A stretch of 33,827 nt of DNA from contig DJOC01000056.1 in the NCBI GenBank assembly GCA_002439555.1, forward strand, positions 42,756 through 76,582. The letters are read 5' to 3'. Positions 1-7,046 of this stretch are shown here, piece after piece (position 1 is the stretch's first letter; each line of letters starts with the position of its first letter). The position numbers and the translations under genes were made by a program. The notes beneath the pieces were generated by a model, which searched no databases, was not told where the DNA came from, and saw only the letters and a program-made list of their open reading frames with translations. This stretch comes from Bacillales bacterium UBA6448 (GTDB taxonomy: Bacteria > Bacillota_I > Bacilli_A > RF39 > UBA660).

Positions 1-339
1 GAAAATTGTCGCAGTGAACTATTTAGCTATGATATAGCAACTTGCAAAAGTGCGTGGAGAAGCACTACATGTTATGCAGTCGATTTAGATTCTGATAAAA
101 TGTTAAAAGTTTACAAAGATTCACATACTAATACCCCAAGATATGAAGTTGGAACATATACAATTACTGATGATAATGTTTACCATTATGAGTATTGGTA
201 CTATAGCGAAAATGGTGAAAAAATGATTTCTTCAGATGATATTAAAATATTATGCGAAAAAAACAGTGATTGTAGTGGAAATATTTCAAAAACAAAGAAT
301 CTTTTAGATGATACTTTTTTTTATTCAAGCTGTGAATAA
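1..339 (+). CDS. hypothetical Cys/Tyr-rich protein, 3' end only (5' end lies outside the window)
   Basis: Frame 1 is open from base 1 (ENCRSELFSYDIATCKSAWRSTTCYAVDLDSDK...) and joins the listed 100..339 ORF. It ends with TAA at 337-339 and is followed by a hairpin plus T-run. I recognise no family. Confidence 0.45.
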   Translation, partial: ENCRSELFSYDIATCKSAWRSTTCYAVDLDSDKMLKVYKDSHTNTPRYEVGTYTITDDNVYHYEYWYYSENGEKMISSDDIKILCEKNSDCSGNISKTKNLLDDTFFYSSCE

Positions 340-362
340 TAAAGATATTTTTAAATTTATAG

Positions 363-389
363 TAAGTAGACAACTCTACTTATTTTTTA
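363..389 (+). terminator. Rho-independent terminator after the upstream hypothetical gene
   Basis: TAAGTAGA (363-370), loop CAAC, TCTACTTA (375-382), then TTTTTT (383-388). Confidence 0.55.
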
Positions 390-395
390 TATAAT
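367..395 (+). promoter_or_regulatory. sigma-70-type promoter candidate for the brnQ-NUDIX operon
   Basis: TAGACA (367-372), 17-nt spacer, TATAAT (390-395). It overlaps the preceding terminator hairpin. An AAGAGG RBS lies just before ATG 417. Confidence 0.4.
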
Positions 396-416
396 TATTA
401 ATAATAAGAGGTTGAT

Positions 417-1652
417 ATGAAAAAGGAAATTAAAGATTCCATTATTTTAGGATTATCATTATTTTCAATAATATTTGGTGCAGGAAATATTATATTTTCT
501 ACGTATGTTGGTGCTTACAGTGGTACTAAATGGCCTTTATCTCTTATCTTCTTTTTAATTGGTGATGTCTTCTTAGTGGGGCTTGGCTTATATGCATTTA
601 TAAAAAATGATAATGATGAAGAAAAAGTATTTAACAAAATAGGAGATATACCCTCAAAAATTTTAAGAGTATTTATGTTAGCATGTTTGGGACCTTTAAT
701 TGCAATTCCTAGAACTTGTGCGGTTAGCTTTGAAATGCTTAATTTTAATAATATGATTATTTTCTCAATTATATATTTTATTTTAGTATTTGTATTTTCC
801 TTTAAATCAACATCAGTAATTGATACACTTGGTAAATACTTAACACCTATTTTAATTATTTTCATATGTATATTTTTACTTATTGGTGTAAATGCAAGTA
901 AAGGTCCCTTAGTAACAAATGTTTCTAATTTAGATTCTATAAAAGAGGGACTAAATATGGGTTATCAAACACTAGATCTTTTATGTGTAAGTTCCCTTTC
1001 AATGATGATGTATACTTATCTAAAGAAAACTAATTATAAAAAAATGCAAAGAAAGAAAATATTAGTAACCTCTTCGATTATTGCAATACTTTGTTTAATT
1101 ATAGTTTATGTTGGTCTAATCTTTATAGGAGCCTCTTTTGGGAAAAACATAAATGCAAATCAAGGTGCTTTACTTAAAGAAATTTCAAATTCTGTTTTAA
1201 ATGATAAAGGTATAATTTTAAATGTTGCAGTGCTTTTAGCATCCTTTACTACGGGAGTTGGTTTAACAAGCGCGGTAGCCACAAACTATGAAAAATTAAC
1301 TAAATTAAGTTATAAAACTTGGGTTATTATAATTACACTTGTAAGTTTATTTATAGCAAATTTAGGTCTTGAAAAAATTATTAATATTGCATCACCAATA
1401 CTTAATATAATTTATCCTATAGTTATTATTTTAATAGTATTTTCTATCTTTAATATTCAAAATAAAAATGTTTATTTATTGAGCATTTTAAGTACATTTA
1501 TTATTTCAATATTAAAACTTTTATACAATATAACGAGTTTTCCACATTTTATTTCAAGATTACCTTTATATAATGTAAATTTAGAATGGTTGGTAGTTGC
1601 TATAATTTTTGGTATAATAGGTATGTTTATAAAAAATAAGGAGCAAAAATGA
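417..1652 (+). CDS. brnQ: branched-chain amino acid transport system II carrier (LIVCS/BrnQ family)
   Basis: 411-aa polytopic membrane protein. The N-terminal GLSLFSIIFGAGNIIFSTYVGAYSG resembles the BrnQ signature (FFGAGNLIFPP.LG). It has an RBS (AAGAGG) and its stop overlaps the next gene as ATGA. Confidence 0.65.
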   Translation: MKKEIKDSIILGLSLFSIIFGAGNIIFSTYVGAYSGTKWPLSLIFFLIGDVFLVGLGLYAFIKNDNDEEKVFNKIGDIPSKILRVFMLACLGPLIAIPRTCAVSFEMLNFNNMIIFSIIYFILVFVFSFKSTSVIDTLGKYLTPILIIFICIFLLIGVNASKGPLVTNVSNLDSIKEGLNMGYQTLDLLCVSSLSMMMYTYLKKTNYKKMQRKKILVTSSIIAILCLIIVYVGLIFIGASFGKNINANQGALLKEISNSVLNDKGIILNVAVLLASFTTGVGLTSAVATNYEKLTKLSYKTWVIIITLVSLFIANLGLEKIINIASPILNIIYPIVIILIVFSIFNIQNKNVYLLSILSTFIISILKLLYNITSFPHFISRLPLYNVNLEWLVVAIIFGIIGMFIKNKEQK

Positions 1653-2116
1653 ATGATTTATCTATAATTATTGATGGTGTAAAATTCAACTTTCGTGTTG
1701 GCTTACTTGTGAAAAAGCAAAAACAGGTTTTAGTTGAATGTAATCCAGATTATGATTTTGTAGTTTTACCTGGTGGAAGAGTTAAGACTTTAGAAAGTAG
1801 TGAAGAAGCTTTAATAAGAGAAATTAATGAAGAAATGAAAATTGATTTAACTAATTATAATTTAGAATTTATAGGTATTGATGAAAACTTTTTTAAACTT
1901 GATAATATTAAATATCACGAATTATATTTTATTTACAAAATTGAAATAGATGAAAATAATGATATTTTTAAAGATGGTATGAATAATTATGATTCTAAAG
2001 CTAATTACTATAAGTGGGTTAATATATTAGATTTAAAAGAGGTTAATTTACTTCCAAAATCTTTAATAAATATAATCGATAGTAATGGTATACATCATAG
2101 TATTCAAAAAGATTGA
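1649..2116 (+). CDS. NUDIX hydrolase
   Basis: Nudix box GRVKTLESSEEALIREINEEMKI fits GX5EX7REUXEEXGU with one deviation (G to K). ATGA overlap with brnQ. Confidence 0.8.
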   Translation: MNDLSIIIDGVKFNFRVGLLVKKQKQVLVECNPDYDFVVLPGGRVKTLESSEEALIREINEEMKIDLTNYNLEFIGIDENFFKLDNIKYHELYFIYKIEIDENNDIFKDGMNNYDSKANYYKWVNILDLKEVNLLPKSLINIIDSNGIHHSIQKD

Positions 2117-2128
2117 TAAGGAGGAAAA

Positions 2129-2602
2129 ATGAAGAAAGATAGAGAAAAATTTTTATGTGCAATCTACATTTTAATTAGAAATGATAAAAATGAGATTTTA
2201 CTTCAAAGAAGGCAAGGTACTAAACTATGGCCTGGATTTTTAGCATTACCTGCAGGACATGTTGATGAGGGTGAAAATGTATATGAAGCATTTGTAAGAG
2301 AAGCAAAAGAGGAACTTGGAATTGATGTAGCTAAAAATGATATTGTAAATACTTTTGTTATAAATAGAAAAAATAAATCACTACCATCATATTTTGATGT
2401 TTATTTTGAAATAAATCATTATGAAGGTGATATTAAAATTATGGAACCTGATAAGTGTAAAGAACTTGTGTGGTCTGATATAAATAGCTTACCTTTTGAT
2501 ATGATTGATTTTGAAAAAAGAGCTATTGAAAAATATTTAAATAATGTATTTTTTGATTGCGATTATGCAAATAATGAAATAACAATTGAGGATGTTAAAT
2601 AG
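2129..2602 (+). CDS. NUDIX hydrolase (second paralogue)
   Basis: Canonical Nudix box GHVDEGENVYEAFVREAKEELGI. GGAGG RBS upstream of ATG 2129. Confidence 0.85.
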   Translation: MKKDREKFLCAIYILIRNDKNEILLQRRQGTKLWPGFLALPAGHVDEGENVYEAFVREAKEELGIDVAKNDIVNTFVINRKNKSLPSYFDVYFEINHYEGDIKIMEPDKCKELVWSDINSLPFDMIDFEKRAIEKYLNNVFFDCDYANNEITIEDVK

Positions 2603-2666
2603 TTTTACCTAAATTCTAAAAATATTTGCTAGTAAAAATATAAAGAGTTTAGTACTATTTACCTAG

Positions 2667-3065
2667 ATGGAAGAAATGAAACTTAATAAAAATATTGAAC
2701 AGTTAAGAAAAAAATATAATTTTACACAAGCGGTTTCAGCAGAAAAATTAAATGTAACTAGGTAAACTATTTCTAATTGGGAACAAGGTGTTACTTACCC
2801 TAATCCTGAACAACTTTTAACACTATCTAAAATATTTAATATAAGTGTTGATGAACTTTTGGCAAATGAAAAGATTAGATCTAATAAATTAAACATCAAA
2901 TATATACCTTTGTATGTAGGTATCATTTTCTCAATAATTAGTTTAGTTATATCTTACTCACTTAATAGATTTAAAAACATAGAAATATTTTTTATAACTA
3001 TATTTGGATTTATTGTGGGTTATCTAACTGGTAATTTAATTAAAGTATTAGTAAATAGAAAATAA
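2667..3065 (+). pseudogene. XRE-family HTH regulator with C-terminal two-TM anchor, interrupted by an in-frame TAA at 2763-2765
   Basis: From ATG 2667 the frame reads MEEMKLNKNIEQLRKKYNFTQAVSAEKLNVTR*TISNWEQGVTYPNPEQLLTLSKIFNISVDELL and continues in frame into the listed 2859..3065 ORF, which has two hydrophobic helices. The stop replaces the conserved Gln of the HTH_3 'SRQTIS.WE' motif, so CAA to TAA is one substitution. Confidence 0.75.
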
Positions 3066-3085
3066 TATTTATTAATACTTTTTTT
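3044..3085 (+). terminator. AT-rich intrinsic terminator candidate
   Basis: AGTATTAGTAAAT (3044-3056) pairs with ATTTATTAATACT (3067-3079): 13 bp with one G-U pair and a 10-nt loop. TTTTTT follows. It spans the TAA stop at 3063-3065. Confidence 0.45.
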
Positions 3086-3096
3086 GATGATATAAT
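3068..3096 (+). promoter_or_regulatory. extended -10 promoter candidate for the 3116 gene
   Basis: TGaTATAAT (3088-3096) with a weak -35 (TTTATT, 3068-3073) at 17-nt spacing. A GGTGA RBS lies 7 nt before ATG 3116. Confidence 0.4.
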
Positions 3097-3115
3097 GTTT
3101 TTGTGGTGAATGTAA

Positions 3116-3847
3116 ATGTTAGAAATAGTTTTTAGTGATTCTGAAAAATTATTATTAGAAAGAAGTAATTTATTTAATAAAGAAGATATTTTAAGTTTAA
3201 CATTTCTATTATCTATGGGAAAACTTGATGATTTTGAACATCAAACAAAAAGGGTTATTGGTGATATAGAGGTAAATATTCCAAGTGAAATAAGTAAATT
3301 AAATAACAAGGTTAAAGATTATGAAAATATTAGAATATGGTATGCAAGTAATGTTAATGAAGATTATTTATCAATGATGTATGTAGTTTACTTATGTAGT
3401 GATAAGAATATTGAAGTTGTTGATGGTTATCAAAGAAATGGTATTACAGGCTATGCTGATGATGAAATAAAAGATTTAGTTAAGGAGAGTCGAGTTTTAA
3501 CAAAAGAGGAAATAGGGGAATATATTTTAAAATGGAATAAAATCTATGATAAAAATACAGAAGTTAGATTTTTAAATAATGGTGAAATAATAAATGAATC
3601 TTATGAGTACTTTGATAACGCAATTCTTGATAAATTATCCTCTTTAGGAGAATCAAAAGAATGGTCTTTTATAGGAAATTGTATGGCTAATAATCTTAAA
3701 AATTTTGCAATGTGTGTATTTTACAAAAGCAGAGTAGATTATTTGAAAAGTATAGGTAAAATTGTGGTAACTAAAATAGTTACTGAAAAAAATATGATTG
3801 GTGAAGATAGAACTATTAACTACATTAAAGTTAAAGAAGATAAATAG
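3116..3847 (+). CDS. DUF1835/DUF3658-like protein (function unknown)
   Basis: The N-terminus LEIVFSDSEKLLL and IRIWYASNVNEDYLSMMYVVYL resemble DUF1835 (hIvfg.saagsL; riWy..n..E). The C-terminal W.K......VRFLNNGEIINESYEYFDNAIL resembles DUF3658. Both comparisons are from memory. Confidence 0.5.
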   Translation: MLEIVFSDSEKLLLERSNLFNKEDILSLTFLLSMGKLDDFEHQTKRVIGDIEVNIPSEISKLNNKVKDYENIRIWYASNVNEDYLSMMYVVYLCSDKNIEVVDGYQRNGITGYADDEIKDLVKESRVLTKEEIGEYILKWNKIYDKNTEVRFLNNGEIINESYEYFDNAILDKLSSLGESKEWSFIGNCMANNLKNFAMCVFYKSRVDYLKSIGKIVVTKIVTEKNMIGEDRTINYIKVKEDK

Positions 3848-3912
3848 AACATATTTTGTTTTAAAGAATTAAACAAATTATCAACATGTATATTTAGAAA
3901 GGAGAGACATAA

Positions 3913-4839
3913 ATGAATAATATTACTATTTTAGGAGGAGGAGTACTTGGAACTCAAATAGCTTTCCAGTGTGCATATACTGGTAAGAATGTTACAATTT
4001 GGCTTCGTAGTGAAGATAGTAAAACAAGAACTATTCCTAAACTTGAAAATTTAAAAGAAACTTATATTAAAGAAATTAATTTAATGTCTGAAAATGGTTA
4101 TGAATTACCGGGTTTAAAAATAAGTGATAAGTTTGATAAAGAAAATTCATTATCTAGGGTAAATGAAGCATTTAATAATATAAAAATCGAGTTAGATTTA
4201 AAAAACTCTTTAGAGGGTGCTGACCTAGTAATTGAAAGTATGAGTGAAAATATTGAGGCAAAAAAAGATGTTTATACAAAAATAAATAAACTTTTAAGTG
4301 AAAATACAATTGTTGTTTCAAATTCTTCGACTATGCTCCCAAGTAAATTAGTGAAATATTTAGATAAGAAAGAAAACTTTTTAGCACTTCATTTTGCTAA
4401 CTCAATTTGGAAGAATAATACAGCAGAGGTAATGAAACAAAAATATACAAGTGATGAATCCTTTGAAAAAGTAATAGATTTTGCTAAAAGTATTAATATG
4501 ATCGCTTTACCGCTTTATAAAGAAAAGTCTGGTTACTTATTAAATTCAATGTTAATACCATTTTTGTTTTCTGCACTTGATTTACTGGCAAATGAAATAT
4601 CCGATGTGGAAAGTATTGATTTGGCTTGGAAAAAAGGTACAGGTTCACCCGAGGGACCATTTGAAATACTTGATGTTATAGGACTTAAAACAGCTTATGA
4701 AATCGTTTCAATGTATTTAAAAGTCCCATCATTTTTAGCACCATATAATTTTAAAGCAATTGCTAAACTTTTGCAAAAATATATTGATGAAGGAAAACTT
4801 GGTAAGTCTACAAAAGAGGGTTTCTATAAATATAATTAA
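3913..4839 (+). CDS. 3-hydroxyacyl-CoA (3-hydroxybutyryl-CoA) dehydrogenase family protein
   Basis: Rossmann N-terminus ITILGGGVLGTQIA. Also VSNSSTM, LHFAN...AEV, GYLLNSM, GSPEGPFEILDVIGL and a C-terminal GKLGKSTKEGFYKY. AGGAGAG RBS upstream. Confidence 0.78.
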   Translation: MNNITILGGGVLGTQIAFQCAYTGKNVTIWLRSEDSKTRTIPKLENLKETYIKEINLMSENGYELPGLKISDKFDKENSLSRVNEAFNNIKIELDLKNSLEGADLVIESMSENIEAKKDVYTKINKLLSENTIVVSNSSTMLPSKLVKYLDKKENFLALHFANSIWKNNTAEVMKQKYTSDESFEKVIDFAKSINMIALPLYKEKSGYLLNSMLIPFLFSALDLLANEISDVESIDLAWKKGTGSPEGPFEILDVIGLKTAYEIVSMYLKVPSFLAPYNFKAIAKLLQKYIDEGKLGKSTKEGFYKYN

Positions 4840-4866
4840 GATGTCATAAAAAGATATCTTTTTTTA

Positions 4867-4895
4867 TTGACAAGTGTTTAAAATACACATATAAT
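4867..4895 (+). promoter_or_regulatory. perfect-consensus sigma-70/SigA promoter
   Basis: TTGACA (4867-4872), exactly 17 nt, TATAAT (4890-4895). It lies 31 nt upstream of the ATG at 4927, which has an AAGGAGGG RBS. Confidence 0.7.
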
Positions 4896-4916
4896 TTAAA
4901 GTGTAAGAATTACACA
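4872..4916 (+). promoter_or_regulatory. two copies of an operator-like motif AAGTGT-N6-TACACA
   Basis: AAGTGTttaaaaTACACA (4872-4889) lies in the promoter spacer. AAGTGTaagaatTACACA (4899-4916) lies just downstream of the -10. The core GTGT-N7-ACAC is an inverted repeat, and the second copy is GTGTAA-gaa-TTACAC. The copies start 27 bp apart. Confidence 0.4.
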
Positions 4917-4926
4917 AGGAGGGTAT

Positions 4927-5571
4927 ATGTTATATTTCAAAAAAGAAGAAGATGGGGTACATAAATATGAGGTATCATTTGATAAAAATGAGGTTTCATC
5001 ATTACTTGAGGAGGTAAAAACAAAATGCAGTACAATAAAGCGTTTTGAGTATGAAGAAGTTCAGTTACCTGGTTTATCAGAAAGAATATATAGGCAAAAT
5101 CAAAGTGATGAAAGTGAAATTAGATTTTTTTCTCAAAAACTTGTAGGGTATCGTGAATATAATGATTTTTATTCTCCTGTAGAGGATGTTTATCATTATT
5201 CATATTATGAATATACTTATTCACCTTTGGCATCTATCATAAATGGCTTATTAAATGATAATCCTATGGTAATTGATAAAATATTTAATCCAGAAAATGT
5301 TCATAGATTTAATTTTGATAATGAGATAGAAATTATGAAAAAAGAAATAGATAAAATACCGAATGATAAAATTAAGGAGAAAATAGATAAGTTAAATGAA
5401 CTTAATGATTTATTAAAATTTGCTAGTCTTAATTCTGGACAAAGAGATGAAGATGAATATTATAAAGGATTACAAAGCCTTATCAAATTCGAACTTGTCA
5501 GTATTTTACCTTATGAAATCAAAGAAAAATATGAAACATTTTACAGTAGAACTTTGAAAAAATGTAAATAG
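4927..5571 (+). CDS. hypothetical protein (no recognisable family)
   Basis: 214-aa ORF with a strong RBS and a consensus promoter. It is acidic and Tyr-rich, with a coiled-coil-like KEIDKIPNDKIKEKIDKLNELNDLLK segment. Confidence 0.6.
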   Translation: MLYFKKEEDGVHKYEVSFDKNEVSSLLEEVKTKCSTIKRFEYEEVQLPGLSERIYRQNQSDESEIRFFSQKLVGYREYNDFYSPVEDVYHYSYYEYTYSPLASIINGLLNDNPMVIDKIFNPENVHRFNFDNEIEIMKKEIDKIPNDKIKEKIDKLNELNDLLKFASLNSGQRDEDEYYKGLQSLIKFELVSILPYEIKEKYETFYSRTLKKCK

Positions 5572-5642
5572 TTTGTCTAATATTGTATATGACTATTTTT
5601 GAATATAAAAACATATGTTACTCTAATAATAAGAGGTGCAAT

Positions 5643-6236
5643 ATGAATAAACTATTTGGTGTTAAATATTCAAATAAAAGTAAGTTTATCTTTTTAAAAG
5701 ATTTATTATTATTTTTTATATTCTACTGCATAGTTGGTTGGATTTATGAAGAATTAGTATTTATGATTGAATTTAATACTCTTTGTAATAGGGGTGCATT
5801 GTTTGGACCTTGGCTTCCTATATATGGATTTGGTGGACTTATTATAATTGGTATATTTTATAGATTCAAAGATAAGAAAGTTAAAATAGGATGGTTAAAT
5901 ATTAGACCAATAATACTGTTTTTTGAATCAGTGGTATTTGCTACTTTAGTGGAACTTATTTCTACATATATAATGGATTTAACTGGAGGAAACTTTAAAA
6001 GTTTATGGGATTATAGCGATGAACTACTAAATTTTCAGGGTAGAATTGCCCTTATACCAGATTTAAAATTTGGTATTGTCGCTTTAGTGGGAATATATTT
6101 AATTCAGCCTTTATTAGTTAAATTTGTGACATTGAAAGATCAAAAAAAAGTAAATATTGTTTTTATTGTATTATCGGTTTTATTTTTTGCAGATGTTATT
6201 GCAAGATATTGGCTAGGACCTAATTTTAAAGGCTAA
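5643..6236 (+). CDS. membrane protein of the 'putative ABC-transporter type IV' (CmpB-like, PF06541-type) family
   Basis: Multi-TM protein with FYCIVGWIYEELVF and GPWLPIYGFGG motifs typical of that family (from memory). I moved the start to ATG 5643 (MNKLFG...), which follows an AAGAGG RBS. The track start at 5583 has no RBS. Confidence 0.5.
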   Translation: MNKLFGVKYSNKSKFIFLKDLLLFFIFYCIVGWIYEELVFMIEFNTLCNRGALFGPWLPIYGFGGLIIIGIFYRFKDKKVKIGWLNIRPIILFFESVVFATLVELISTYIMDLTGGNFKSLWDYSDELLNFQGRIALIPDLKFGIVALVGIYLIQPLLVKFVTLKDQKKVNIVFIVLSVLFFADVIARYWLGPNFKG

Positions 6237-6298
6237 CAATATCTTTTTTTTAATTTGTATGATATACTATTTTTGTAAAAAGGGACTAAAGGAGATTT

Positions 6299-7033
6299 AT
6301 GCAAATTGAAAGAGGATTTCAAAATAATTATGGTCAAAATTTTCCAAACATAGTTAATGTAGGCTTTTCTTCACTTAATGAATTAAGACTCTTTTTAGGA
6401 AAGCTTATTACGGAAACTAAAAAAGAAAATAACAATTTTGCTACAGCAAAGGGTGATTATGATGGAATATTTTTGTATCAAATGCCAAGTATTCACGATG
6501 AAGATTATGCATATAGAATATATAGAGATTTTGAAAAATACAAGTATCGTAGACATTATGATGATAAGTTAATTTCCTTTTTACAATCTAAACAACATTT
6601 AGTGAAGAATGTAGATTTTCCTGTAGGAGTTGTTACAGTTGAAAATGAAGTAATCGGGCAAATTATATATTTATATAAAAATAGTCAAACTATATTTAGT
6701 TATTTAAATTCAATAAAGGGAAATAATAAATTTGAAAAAGTATACTATGATTTATTACTCAAAGTATTAAATATATTAAAATTATTATATGAAAATGATA
6801 TATTTTATGTAGATATTCATCCAAATAATTTTTTGATTGTTGATGGAGCTATAAAAATAATTGATTTTGAAAATCATTCAATAGATAATAGTAATGATAA
6901 AGAAAAATATTTTATGCATAATCTATGCTACATAATTAAACTGATTAATAGATACTTTGAAATTGATTGCGATATAAAAAGAGAAGATAGTTTTGAGGTC
7001 GTTTATCAAAAAGTTAGAGAAAAAGTTTTATAA
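6299..7033 (+). CDS. short protein-kinase-like fold protein (APH/Kdo-WaaP/ePK-like catalytic segment)
   Basis: FYVDIHPNNFLIVDGAIKIIDFEN matches the kinase catalytic loop (D-x-H-P-x-N) followed by a DFG-equivalent (IDFE). I see no glycine-rich loop or VAIK-type lysine in the N-terminal half. AAAGGAG RBS upstream. Confidence 0.45.
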   Translation: MQIERGFQNNYGQNFPNIVNVGFSSLNELRLFLGKLITETKKENNNFATAKGDYDGIFLYQMPSIHDEDYAYRIYRDFEKYKYRRHYDDKLISFLQSKQHLVKNVDFPVGVVTVENEVIGQIIYLYKNSQTIFSYLNSIKGNNKFEKVYYDLLLKVLNILKLLYENDIFYVDIHPNNFLIVDGAIKIIDFENHSIDNSNDKEKYFMHNLCYIIKLINRYFEIDCDIKREDSFEVVYQKVREKVL

Positions 7034-7046
7034 GAAAGGAAAAATT

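Noticed and set aside
2763-2765. Possibility that TAA is reassigned to Gln or read through genome-wide.
   Set aside because: Many well-conserved genes in this window (for example ftsH, gpmI, rpsJ and rplQ) terminate at TAA at the expected protein length. A code change is therefore not supported, and a point mutation or sequencing error is the simpler explanation.
4845-4866. The palindrome AAAAGATATCTTTT followed by a T-run after the hbd-like gene, as a possible terminator.
   Set aside because: The stem is only about 4-5 bp once a loop is allowed. That is too weak to call, although some termination here is plausible because a strong promoter follows.
172-5220. A shared 'D-x-VYHY-x-Y-x-x-Y' motif in the 5' partial ORF (DDNVYHYEYWYY) and in the 4927 orphan (VEDVYHYSYYEY).
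   Set aside because: This is a single short match between Tyr-rich proteins in a compositionally biased genome. The flanking sequence does not align, so there is not enough evidence to claim paralogy.
5583-5642. N-terminal extensions implied by the ORF-track starts at 5583 (MYMTIFEYKN...) and 12242 (MIFFYLCVIIF...).
   Set aside because: There is no RBS at either position. Both extensions overlap promoter-like sequence, and internal ATGs (5643 and 12293) with better context give N-termini that match the family.
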